DNA of 64,000 nucleotides from Antedon mediterranea (taxonomy: Eukaryota > Animalia > Echinodermata), in contig NC_092673.1 of NCBI RefSeq assembly GCF_964355755.1, positions 33,291,648 to 33,355,647 of the forward strand, written 5' to 3'. Shown here piece after piece: positions 40,701 to 54,348 of the stretch; positions within the stretch are counted from its first letter, which is position 1; each line of letters begins with the position of its first letter. Below the pieces are notes generated by a model. The model saw only the letters and a program-made list of their open reading frames with translations. It searched no databases and had not been told where the DNA came from. The position numbers and the translations under genes are program-made.

Positions 40701-43700
40701 TGATGTCATGGTATTAATGACAATGATTATATTGAAAAATGCCACTCGCGATTGTGCTGGTCAAAACATGGTCATAATTTGGATGGTGACTGAAAAAAAA
40801 GTGTTGTAATTTGTTAGGGGATTAAGTCACTCCATCAATTGTATCTTTTCTAAATTATTTTTTTACGCATAATGCTTGTTATAATAAACCGTCAAGAAGC
40901 ACTGCAAGCCTGCCCTCAACTTACTTGGTATCCCTGACACAAGTTTGAGAGGTCTTAGAACTCTGACAGCTCGCAATGTATTGAAATCAAATCCTGTATC
41001 CTCTTGTTTTTCCCCTTCTGGAGTTATAATGCCTAACACAAATGTGACAAGTCTGAAAGGGACATGCAACGGGTAAAAAGGTCAAGGGTCAGCTGGGTTA
41101 AAGGTCAAACAATGTGTTGTTAAAAAGGTGAGCACAATTAAAAGATGAGGAAAGAATCAGGGTTGCGAATAATTAATGAGCAATTTGCATTTTTGAATAG
41201 TAAACACCACTTGGAATAATTATAAACTTGCAACTTGTACAGTACATTCAACTGCCTTAAACACTCTATTCAATCCAACTATAAAGTACATACTATTCAA
41301 AAACACAAAAAGCCATCAATTACACAACTATAACTGTAGCAACGTAGTTTTATATAAAGAGCGTATATATTCAGTTTGTTATATCACTGAAAAAAGGGAA
41401 AAAATTCTCTCTTTTTTGTGTCAAATTCACAATAGCTATTAGTCTATGCTTTTTCCTATCTGACATCAAATTTCTTTCCATTTTTAACAATTTCAAAACA
41501 ATTTTTTTATTTTAAATCTTAAATGTAAATAAATTAATTATAAATGTTTTTAATATAGTCGCATTAAATCGAAAAAATGAAATGATTTCAGTTTTCTTCT
41601 CATAGATACTGTCTATCATTTGTACAGTATTATACTACACAGGTGTCACATGTTATACATGTGACACCTGTATTGTAATACTGTTTTATATGTTGTGTTA
41701 CAGAAATTGCCTATGGAAGATGCCATAGTTTGAGATACAGCACAGAGAATAAGATTCTTTTCAAGTATCTTAGCACATGATATCATAACACAAAAATTGC
41801 ACCACCAAATTTTGTCAATGTGTTTGCCACACAAATTAACTTTGAACAAAACATTGTTTTCTATGAATTTGTCATTATGATTACAAATTATGATTTACAA
41901 ATTTCATCAAAATAATTATGCACCCAACTGTTAACTATTGTGAATTTCGCTTCTTTTTAAAAAAAAAAAAATGATTTTGTACATTGTACAAATTTGGACA
42001 AATGGAAAATCTGGAGGCGAAGCTAAAAATAGATTAGGAGAGAGAATAGGTTATGTCTGCTAAAAAACATTGTAATAAAGATATCATTTTTTAGAACCAT
42101 ATATCAACGTCAATTATTTTCATCCCCCTCAATATATAAAAATTTACGTTTTTCCAACAAAAAAAAAACACTTGACACTGATGATAGGTCTTAAAAAAGG
42201 ATCTATCTAGAATATCTGGTAAATATAGAAGGAATGACAGTTAAAAGGGGATGGCGCTGTGCAGGATCCAATCTACAGCTAGTAAGAAAATTAGTCCAAA
42301 AAATGGTTGAAAGGTTTTTATCTGCTGTAGTTGACTTACTTTCAAAACCTGACACCAATTTTAAGGGTCTTAAAACTCTGATGGCTCGGAGAGCTGGCAC
42401 GTTAAAGATGGGATTTAAAATGCTTAGTAGCCTGAAGAAACCCAGGTATGTGTTTATTGCACAAGGCGAAAGATTGCAAGAACGAGAGCAAAAACATTAT
42501 GATAATATATGATATAGATAATGAGTTCAATTTGGATCATCGCATCGAGCAAAGCTCATCAACGAACGTTCCATTTAATTGTATGAAAAAATGTCTAGCC
42601 GGATTCGAACAAGTGACATGTGGTTTACATGATAAGCACAAAACCATGCTTCACAGATTTCTATCCTTCAGACATATTTTCATACAAGCATACATTTATA
42701 CTGTGACTTAATCTAAAATTACATCAAAACAGAGCTCAATAGTTTGTCTTTTAATTTATTTAAATTTGTTTTATCTATTCAGATTTATAACAGTAATAAT
42801 TGATTCATTGAATTGATTAGAAAAATCTGTATAAAAAATACATTAATTAATGACACTCAAAAATTATTCATACACATTTTTATAAAAGATTTTCTAGGAT
42901 ACCATTCCATTAGTATCCTTTTAGAATCTAAAAATAAGTGTATTATAAGCAGGCTCCATTTCTTTTGTGGTGTCAACCACAACTTTTTTTCAATAATATA
43001 TCTTATTGTTAATTGTGGTGGCCAAGGACCAAAATCATGTTGGTTAAGCACAATGGGTTTAAACACCAACCTGTCCAATTTTTTTAACAGGACACTTTAT
43101 TTGAGCTCTATTTTGAATTTTCTTTAAAAAAAAATTAACCTGGAACAAACCACCAGAAAATGCTTGAATTAATTGATAACACAAAAATGTGTGAATTTTT
43201 TTTTTAATTTGCAAGAATGTATTGTTAATGTTTTAAACAAAAAAATAGAGTATAGTGAACCAAATGTTTAAACATCTGTCTGGTTTAAAACATTTAATAG
43301 TAGCTGGTTCCGAAGGTTTATATAGTGAGATTTCAGATTTTTCAATTGTATGATGGGACATGAATCAACAGATCGTTTCAAATCAACCGATGCTCACAAA
43401 CCAGTGCAGTATCTGCCATGATCTATTTTTGGTTCGTAATTATCATTTTGTACCTCGTAACAATTGAAAAATCTAACGTTTTTAAATATCTCCTGAAAAA
43501 AAAGTTGCAACACAAAAAATATACAACAAAATAGGATAGAAAAATGTTATGGAATCATTGTGTAAACCAGAGAATAATTGTATACATTTATTGAAAAAAT
43601 ATTTGTTCATGCCATTGTTGTCAACAATAAAATAAATTTTAAGAAAAAAGAATATTTATATATAGGCTAGAGTAGTAGGCCTACGGTAGGTCTAGTAGTA

Positions 43701-46700
43701 GGCCTACTAGGGGCCTGGTATTTTATTAAATTAATTGAAATAAAATGGCATAAATAATTTTAAATAAAATGTTATAGGGCCTACATACTACTATAGTACT
43801 AGGTAGCCTAGTTAGGGGGCCTAGTTAGTGGTGGGGGCCAGGCTAGGCTAGGCCTAACAATTTAGGCTTACTGTATTTTAACAACTTCACCAGCAGGAAT
43901 GTGGTGGTAACAGAGAATCATCATTCATAAAACAAATCCCCTCACCAAGATGGATAACATCTAACCGTAGCCCCCAGCCTACAGCAGTAGGCCTAGGCCT
44001 AGGCCTTCTAGATAGCCCTAAAAGGCACCACGAAGAGTGCGGCAGGGCCGTCACGTCAGCTCATCACACACGGCTGCCTAGCTAGCCTAGCTAGCCTCCG
44101 CCAGAGAGAGGTTGGCCTCATCATGGTCATCATATTTCATCTTCCACCTCATAATCTCAACTGCATATCTAGGCCTCCTAGAGTAGACTAGTAGGTTCGA
44201 AAAACATAACCAACTAGCCTAGGCCCTAGCCTAACTATTCTCAAACAGAGACCACCATCCGAGAAGGCGGGTGGGGGGGGGGGTGTTACGGTTCAATAAT
44301 TTCATCTCACGCGGGTTTTGAGACGAGCGACGTCGGAAGAATAATAGGGATAATAATATCATTTTGTTCTTGCATTTTTATTTGTTATAATTCAAAAGTA
44401 GGAAAAAACTAAATATTTCTACTTTCATATAGAAATATAAATTATATGCTTTACATATTAATACATCAAATAATGGAAAAAACAAACAAAATAAAGATCA
44501 CATAATAACCCGCTTTAACAATCGACGATTCTATAAAAAGTTTTTGTAACGAAGAGGGCGACACACACACGAACTTACTTTAACTTTTGGTGCTTTTGTA
44601 CAATTCTATTCGTGATTATTGAATTCCATAATAATATTAAAATAATACAAATGCTAAAACCAATAAGCACAAATAAAGGTTTTTAACTTACCCAGAAACT
44701 ACTACTACAAAATCCATTATATTCCATCCGTTTCTTAGATAAGAACCTTGATGTAATAAAAATCCCTGCCCCGTGACTTTGATGACAAATTCAAAGCAGA
44801 AAATTACTAAGAAATACAGTTCTGTTGCTTCCTATATAAAGAACACAAACACATGCAAATTCAATACAATACAGTGATCATATTCACCAATCACACTTAA
44901 GTGAGATATTCCCTTTTAAGTACTAAGTTCACTTAAGTCAATACATATTAGAATTTCACTAAAGTGGTATTCCCTTTAAACTTGAATTGGTAGTCCAATG
45001 GAGTAATAACTTATTATTTCTCCATGTGGTAGGCGTGAGTCGGTGCGTTTTAAGAGAATATCGGAGTGTTTGTGCCTTATACAATATTTACTACCCATCT
45101 AACCTATAAACATGGGTATCAAAAGGAATGGTACTTAAATGGTTTTAAAATATATTTGAAACACGCACTGGAGGAGATTGTATCCGGCGTTGTGTTTATA
45201 TTTCCACCCAAATACGACGAAATACTGTCTCTTTCTTTCCATTACAGAAAAAAACTCAAAACTCAATCTTCTTATAATAATAATAACAATATTATATTAA
45301 ATATATTTGATATATATAAACATTAAACACATAAAACCTATATAAATTACTTTAAATAAGAAGATAATTTGCTTGGTGTGAGAATAGAATTAAAAGAAAT
45401 ATTGCATTGCGCATGTTGTTTGACAATATGTATTGTCAAATTTACACAGTCCATGGTAATTCTGGATTAAATTCGGATTAGACAATACAATCTTATCTAT
45501 TCTCAATATCAAATATGTACCGTTAAAAGTATACAGTAATATGTGCATTTTTTGTATTCCTGATAAATACGCGTCACTGTGTATATACATATCTAATCAA
45601 TAGTTATCGATTTTCCTATACATGTGTTAAGTTCAATTACATTAGAATTACACTGGACTGAATTGCCATGTTCAAACCAAATGAAGTAAACCCATTATAA
45701 TTAGTATTAACTGTGCAAGAAAATTGTTCTCTAACGTTCACGTTTATTCCGAAATAAGGATTTTAGTATAAATGTAAATTAGCTTGCTGCTGTTGCCGAT
45801 ACATAATTTATTTAACGTCGATGACGAGAGAGATGCCTTAGTAATAATCTACTCCTTAACGCTGAGGGGGTAGGATAGGGTGTTTTTAGATAATTAAAAT
45901 TTGCTTTTATTATTCGTTTCATTAGTACGCGCGCCATATTTAAACTGAAGTAATATTATTTAACATCAAATCATCAATTTTCTAATTGAAAAAAAAACCA
46001 GTAACAACCGTCGTGACTGTATGTCATGTCATAAGTTAGTACATTATTCATTAACTTTCAAGTTCACTAAATGCCATTTTGTATGTTCCAAATATCGGAT
46101 CAATTCGGTAAATCGATTGGAAAATTCATGGCAAGAATGGTAAAAATGGTCTACTTTTCAGGCTAATATCGAACAGTTTTTTGTTACGTCGAGTGTGGAT
46201 GATCGGATTTGGTAGTGGAGGTGATCATTCAAAGTGATCTTATCGGCAATCTAAAAACTAAATATTAATTTAGAGAACGATGCTTTTTTTCTCTATCATC
46301 TGAAACCCTACTGCGATTATCATGTGCAGTATGTTTAAGGTCACATGATACGCCTGAACATTGTCCACGTCATGCTTTCCTGTGTGTGGGTTATTACAAC
46401 GCATCCCCCTCGACACCACGTTACGAATATTGACGTAACGATTATGAGGTGTTGTCTTCATGTTTGTAGACTGTTGACAAGGTCAAATATCATTATCATA
46501 AAGTTGACGCGTGCGTTCAAAGATTGATGATAATGGTATTCAACAGTTGTACGCGCGCGCGCCAACTATGACGTAACCAATTACACTTTATAGGATACAT
46601 AACAAAATTGTTTATTGTTGAATAACTGGCATAAAGTGTCATCATCATAAAGTTCACGCGTGAGATGACAATTAGTTTACAACCTTTGTACGCGCGCGCC

Positions 46701-49700
46701 AACTATGACGTAACTAACCGCTAATACAGGTCACATGACTAATCGCTATTTTGATACAATTGATAAGTAAATAGGAGGAAACTTACCAGTTGTATTGACA
46801 GTGGTGTTTTATCCCGTTCTGGAAGATGGGTCTCCAAAGCTAAGACGACACAGTTGGCGATAATTGTACATAAGATCAGATAATCAAACGGAGTAAACAT
46901 TTCGTTAAGGAAATTCATATTATATTCCATCACATTAATTATTTTCAAAACAATATCATTAAACAGACAAGCTTAAATATGAACGCTGGCATGTTAAAAA
47001 AAGGAATTAAAATTAAAATTAAATTAAAAAATATATATATATTTTTAAATGTTAAGCAACGAAAGCAAAATAACAAAAAACAATACAACAAAAATTTACC
47101 AAAATAAATATTAGGCTTAACGGATACCAAAGCACGATGGGACATAAAGGCTGTCATGTTTCAAAATTATTATAATCATATCATTCAATATCAAATCAAT
47201 CAATCAATATAATTTCTATATAATCATAATAATATACAAAATGATGGAGGCACTGATTTTGCTGAAAGTGCCAACCGAAAAAAAGATAATAAAATAAAAA
47301 CAATTGACATTGATCAAGCTTTTAATATGGAATATAAAAGTAGGTCTGTACAATGACAACTATTATACTAATATATTCCGCCATCTTATTATGATTTATT
47401 CAAACTCGTGCAAAAAATCATTGAGCGTATCTTGGCCTTCTATAGCCAGTACGTACAGCAGTTTGAACATTCTAATAGCTTTATCGCCATGCAGGTACAG
47501 CGTGTGCAATCTAATACGTGCATGATTCAACCTGTACTGTAATAGCCATAGCCATAATGAAGAATAAATAATGCATACGTATCGTTTCAATGTGTCGTTT
47601 TTTGAATATCTATATTCGTATAATACACGGACGTATTTAACACATCCTCAAAAACTAAACCTTTAAAATTACGTTGTGTCGGAATAATATCCAGAAACAT
47701 AACTACATTACGTTTTAAGATTTTTGTTATCATCACATTAAGTTTATAACGGAAATCATTATGATTATAATATTGATCAATGATTAATATTGATGATAAT
47801 GAAAATGAGTGCAATGATGAACATTTTGTGATTATGATGATAATGACCCTGACGAGAAATATGATGAAAATGATGGACGATAATTTTAAGTTTTGATGAT
47901 GATAATTATGATGATCACGATGATGATGATCACGATGATGATCACGATGATGATCACGATGACCATAATCACGAAGATGATGATCAAGATGATCATGAAG
48001 ATGATGATAATGACGCTCATGTTTCTGCTGCTGATGATGTGGGTCGCTAACGGTGATCACTTTGATCATGACGATGATGATGATGACGGAAATAATGGTA
48101 AGTAGTAATGATTAATATTTATATTAAATTGAAAATGATGATACTTGAAATGATCATAAATTTACGATGATTTGTTTACATTCGGTTTAAGACTGAAAGG
48201 AAAACTAAAATTTAAAAAAAAATCATGAAAAAAAATGTTTGACCTTTCGAGAATAAGCATAACCATCATTAATGTTATTAACATTACCATAAGCACATTT
48301 TCTCGTGCTTGCCTCAACCCTATAAAACTTAAATTAAACGCACGAGAATGTATAATGACAAAAACAAGCTCATCTTATATTTCTTCGCTGACGTCATTGT
48401 TTTTTTATCTGTAGTCAATACCAAACCATAATATAAGCTGTACGCTTTTTATGTAATATCAAACTTAATGAGAAATGCAAGTTAATATAGGCCAATAGTG
48501 AATACAATCGAATTGAAATTTGCACGTGAGATAATGCTAGACATCGTATTTTATTATTACAAGCATTAATAACTAATCATGTTTACGTTCTGTTTCAGGT
48601 TGGATATGAAAAAAACATGTATATTGAAAGTGTTTTAAGCATCTGATATTGATGTTAGAGAATATAGGAGGCGCGGAAGAAATATAAGCAGAAACACGCA
48701 TTCACGCGCGCGTATAAATACTGATGATATTATAATCTTTTTTTTTGTCTTGTACCTTTTGTCATGCCTCCTAACTTTGGCTATAGTCCTTGTCCAAGGT
48801 AAGCATGTTCTCTGGACTTTATTAATTTTTCTTATTTCATTTGATTGTGCTCTGTTCGATTTGCTTTTTTTTTGTATAAATATATATTGTATAAAGCTCT
48901 ATCTACAAACTTTAGGCCTATGTGACAAACAAATGTGATGTGCCCATATATGGACATCATGATGTCATATCACTACCATATTTGAACATATCACTACCAT
49001 ATTTGGGAACATCACACTGTTTTTGTCAAACTTGAAAGTATAGACAAAACTTAAAAGTGGCTTAAATTAAGTAACAAAAGTAACTAATTTTGTACGCGAA
49101 TAATTCCTCTAGCCATTCTACTATTGGAATCAATGTAAATATATATCAATAACAATTCATATATTTATATAGAACATATTAATTATTACTATATTTATCA
49201 CTAACATGCTTATAGCACTGTCCTCATTTATTATAAAAATTTCTCTAATCATTATCGATTGTTTAGTGCTTTTAGAATAATTAGCGTGAAATATATTGGA
49301 TTGCAAAGGTCAAGTAACGCATATGCATATTCAACGTAGTCAATAATCATCAAAATCGAGTTGAAAATTCTTATATGAGTTATGCTCTGAAATTTAGAAT
49401 GAGTTATGTAAACAATACCACTTAAGGATGTATTGTCTCACAAAACATGAAAAAAGATTAATTAAATCTGAATTTGAAGAGGTTATGTTAATCAGGTAAT
49501 CACTTCCGTAGGAAAAAAAACGAAACAAAAAAAGTTTTCACTTAGGCCTACAAATTACTGTTCGTTTGTTTTATTCGGTATTCAAATAAGATACCGGGAT
49601 ACCCTATTAAAGCTGAAACAACTTATTTCCAATGGGGTCCTTATTTAAGTTACAAAAACGTAGTTTTGCCTTATAAAGTTATTGGCGTACAGTAGGCCTA

Positions 49701-52700
49701 ATATTCTGACTACTACAGCAAATTCAACTCTGAATCGAGTGGTTTTGACGTGTGTTTCCGCTCGTACACAGCCATACGGTGTAATCAACATTTACAATGG
49801 TATTTAAGTTTTATGTCATGGAGTAACTGTTAACCGAATGACCCACAGATATACACATTTATTAATGAAATGGGTCATATAATGACAGAGCTTAAATTTG
49901 AATTGAATCTTTCCTTTGATATTATCCCAAGGTCTAATGATTGACAGAGACAGTGTAAAGAGTGTATAGTTATAAAAACGGTTCAATGTAGGCCTCATAA
50001 CCACTATTATATTCATTCATTTCACAGAATCTACCGTGACATAAGACACATAGGTCTAGGAAACAGGCATACACGTCCATTAACGAGTTTTCAAATTATA
50101 GAGCACTTTTTAAATGATATTATAATTTATTCGAATTGAATTATAATAGCTTAAAATGCGAGAGATAATTAAGCAGCTTCTACATTTTGCTGAGCCCCGA
50201 TTCTCGGTGTGCTGTATCTATAATAATTGTCCAGTATCATGGACGTTCCGTAATACAGTATCACACGTGGTTTCTGTATAATGCAAGGTTGGATTATGGT
50301 CTATGATACAAGGTGATACATGTGAAAAACATGTAACGCTGCATCATGGTATTTTCCTATCTCGATAAATTGATATACAGTACCGAGAATCGGCTAAGCT
50401 GTGGTTTTTCGCAACAAGAATGAAACGTTTGAATGGATGTTCAAAATAATAACTGTTCTACCTTCACTTAATAACTTCAATAATGCTTATTATACATACA
50501 GGAAAGAATAAATCAATTATTTATTGAGAAGGCATTCTCATTCAACACAACAATATCAATAATAATGAGAATAGTGATTAATTAGCATATAATATTGATA
50601 GTAAGTCTACACAAAACTCGATTGAGCTTTGTATAATAATGAGTAGTAACACAGGCAAAGTCGGCGCCTGTATATCAAATGAGTATTGCTTCTAATGACC
50701 CTTCAGTCTAACAGCTGAATTAAAAAGTAGTGAGGAGGGTGTTAGAATGGAAATACAGAAGCTAGAATGCAATAACAGAACTGAGGGGATTGAAGGCTAA
50801 GTCAGCACCTTTTGCATAATGCCTTGTTGGACATTGACAATTCAGCCTGGATAAAAATAAGCAAATGGGCGGGGATCTCACAAGTGAATTATCGGTGGCT
50901 TAGGGGTGCCTCACAAGTGAATTATCGGTGGTTTAGGGGTGCCTCACAAGTGAGTTATCGGTGGTGTAGGGATTTCATGATAATAGAAAAAATAAAGGCC
51001 TGTCTGCATACACGTAATTATGTGCTGCACTACACGTTAGTCGGCATTTCATAGTGTCGAATATGTGTAGTAGTCGGCGTTCCATAGGGCACGAACGTAT
51101 TACACGTAACATTCAATATTATAGGGGCTTGCACCTGTCATGGTCGCACCAGGACTTCGTCATGTAGAGAAGATCATCATGTACAGTGTACATATGTAAA
51201 TTGAACAGTTACCCTGCAGCTAATATCGAATTACTTTCTGTCTTTCTAAAATAAATAATACATGTACTATGCTAATACAATGTACTGTGTTAACTTTCAG
51301 AAAGAATTATACAATATTAATTTAAAATTTACAGTTTTTATCCGTTTTCATTAATTATAATTAAAATTATATCGACATTAGTACAGTAATTATTCTTAAC
51401 TGTATAGCATCATACGTGATATGAATATTATAGTATTGATAACAAAGAGACATAAAGTGGACGCGCGCGTATTGTAATTGTCATCAGTTTGTTAACGCGC
51501 TTGTTAAACCATGCATGGTCTTTCTCGTGTCACTGCTGGATATTTAATAGCAATCTTTATAAATCTATCTAACATTAAAATCCCTTTTCTAAAAAAGCAA
51601 AATATATGTGCCTTTTTACAACAAATGTAGGCTAAACACTATGAACATGTTTAGGCAGACTTAAGTAATACTTGAGCAGCACGCATATATTGTTAGATTC
51701 TTTTCGAAGACGGAATTACCATGTTAAGCTCGGCAAATCTGAACTCTGCAGGTAACGCTCCGTCTTGCGAATTATTAATTACCCGCCAGTATTAATTAAC
51801 TTCGGCGAGTCGCACACATTTATCTTTAGTGCTAGGAACGGCACGAATATAGCGATATATGCTAATGCGTATATATTTTTTCATTTCATTTATTCCACAT
51901 TTATTTAGTCATCAATTACAGTACATCATAATTACAGTACAACTGAGAACAGGGATCCTGCATAAAAAAGCTATAGCTTCGTTTTTTTGTAGGACCCTTT
52001 TACATAAGAACAAGTATATAGAACTTAAATAAACAAAGGTGTTGTTAATCAGCATATAGTGATAAAAAGTATTTTTTAACCTGTTTTTTTATACATTTAT
52101 TTTGTTTCTTTAAGATAACCGGTTTATTACCCCCATTACAAGTGAATTCTTTCCACAATTTTGGTCCATATATGTGTATAAACTGTTGACTGCAAGTTAG
52201 TCTTGTGAAGGGAATTTCGAATTCAGTTTCTGTTCTGAGGTTATGAGTAGGCCTAATACTGTCACAGTAATTAAAAATATTTAAAATGTGATGTGGTAAT
52301 TCATTGAATTTTACGTTTGCCATAAATCCTATGACGTTTACTTTGTAAATATCATAAACGTTTAATATTTTTTTTTTTGCATTAAGCATTTATTAGCATT
52401 AGGCATTGCATATGATTATTATGTATGTGATTATAGATGTTTTATCTAATACCTTAGTTATCAAACGAGTTGCCCCCGCTGCACACACTCTATATCGATC
52501 TTTCGATGTCACTTCTCAGTATGATTTGCCTGATCCAATTACAAAATGAATCAAATTTAAAAATCATTTTTTATGAGTTCACGCGGTAGGCCTAACTATT
52601 ACATTTTCATGAAATCCGCAGTAGTGCACAGACCACAAATTATACCTTCCTTGAACATTTAAAAAAATCAATTTGAACACCAACTTTAGGAATGCTGTTT

Positions 52701-54317
52701 CATTCATTAATTATTGTAATCCACTAAAATTCCTAGTACAAAAAAAATGACTTTCATTAGGAAAATACCATTTTTTCTTTGATTTCTTTACAAAAAAAAG
52801 TAAAATACGCGAAAGAAAAAAATATTGCAAGTATTTTATTGTTATTAACATTCCTGGAAGGAATACAAAAAAATAGTAGATTCTGGTTAAAACATTTTTT
52901 TTCCTAATCTATAGTTCTAAAAATAGAATAATAAAGAAGACATTATTACAGATAGACATAAACAGTATAATCTTAAAACCTAAACGACGAAAACCTAACG
53001 TTCAAAATATAGCTGCACTAGTAGATACTATAATACTACTGCATCTCGTATATATTATGTATGCGGTTGCTAGCAATTTCAGATCGAATGGGAAACGTGA
53101 CGTCACGAAGCGCTATTTGAATGTAAAAAAAAACAACGGAATATTAACCGTCTGATCTACAGAATTGCGTTTTATTAGTTTTACAGCCTCTGTCGTTGTT
53201 GTGTCAGTTTATTTTAGAATCTATTTTGGTATTATTAAAAAATTATAATACGTTATAGCGCATGCGCAGGAGGACGGTGTAATTTTGTTCTTGGGTGTGG
53301 ATGGTATTATGGTTTTATGCGAAAAAATACACGTGACTGAAAACAACCAATAAAACACGCACATTTTTGTCATTAAAACACATTTCGAGTCATTATTACA
53401 ATATCGTGCTTCATTTCGAGATGGGTATAATTGTTGGAAACTAATTTTGGATTCGTGACATGTGACCCGTGACCCAATTAGGCTTACGAACTGTGTGTGA
53501 ACAGATATATTATTTAACAGTACAGGCCTACATCCATTTAATGATTATTTTCATCCGGAATAATCCATGTGAATGTAACCTAAAGACATTTCACAAATGT
53601 TAAACAATGTCGTCACATTTCATAATTAAAACTCTGCTCACGTTCGTCTGCTTCGAGTTACTCCCATGAGTCTCGGCTAGATCGTTACAGTATTGATGAT
53701 GTTTATAATTTTAATTAATGTACGCGATAAACTAATTATGAAGATGAGTAATATTAGCCGCATCATGTATTCGAAGAATATACTATTACGAACATAGATA
53801 GCCAAGGAATACGTTTGTTATTATTGAGAATGAGAATATACTGAGAAGAATGGCGTACAAGAATTTATGTTGTTTTTTTATATACGGATGAAAATAATTG
53901 TGAATGAAATAATTAAAAATTAATTAAAAATAATGGAATAATAAAATAATTTATGTTGATGTTGGCTGGTAAGGATTCACATGATAATGATTATGAATAT
54001 GATTTTTAAAAAGATAGGCCTATTATGAATATGATAATAATTACAACGTTGGATTTATTGTGGTAACGTTATTTATGAATATGAATATATGATTATGCAA
54101 TGATAATAATTATGAATTATGATGCTAGTGATTAAGAGAAATTCATGATGATATGATAATGATGACAACGTTGTTTTTATGTGTGTATAATTATGAAAAT
54201 ATGATTTATGGTGTAAAAAATAATAATAAATATATCATTATTAAATAATATGAAGAATAAACAATGTCGAAGATTATTGTTGTTATATACAGCAGTATTA
54301 TTTCATATTATATTATT

Positions 54318-54348
<31 letters not shown>

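Noticed and set aside
47587-48105. His-rich and Met-rich ORFs
   Set aside because: GAT/GATCAC microsatellite
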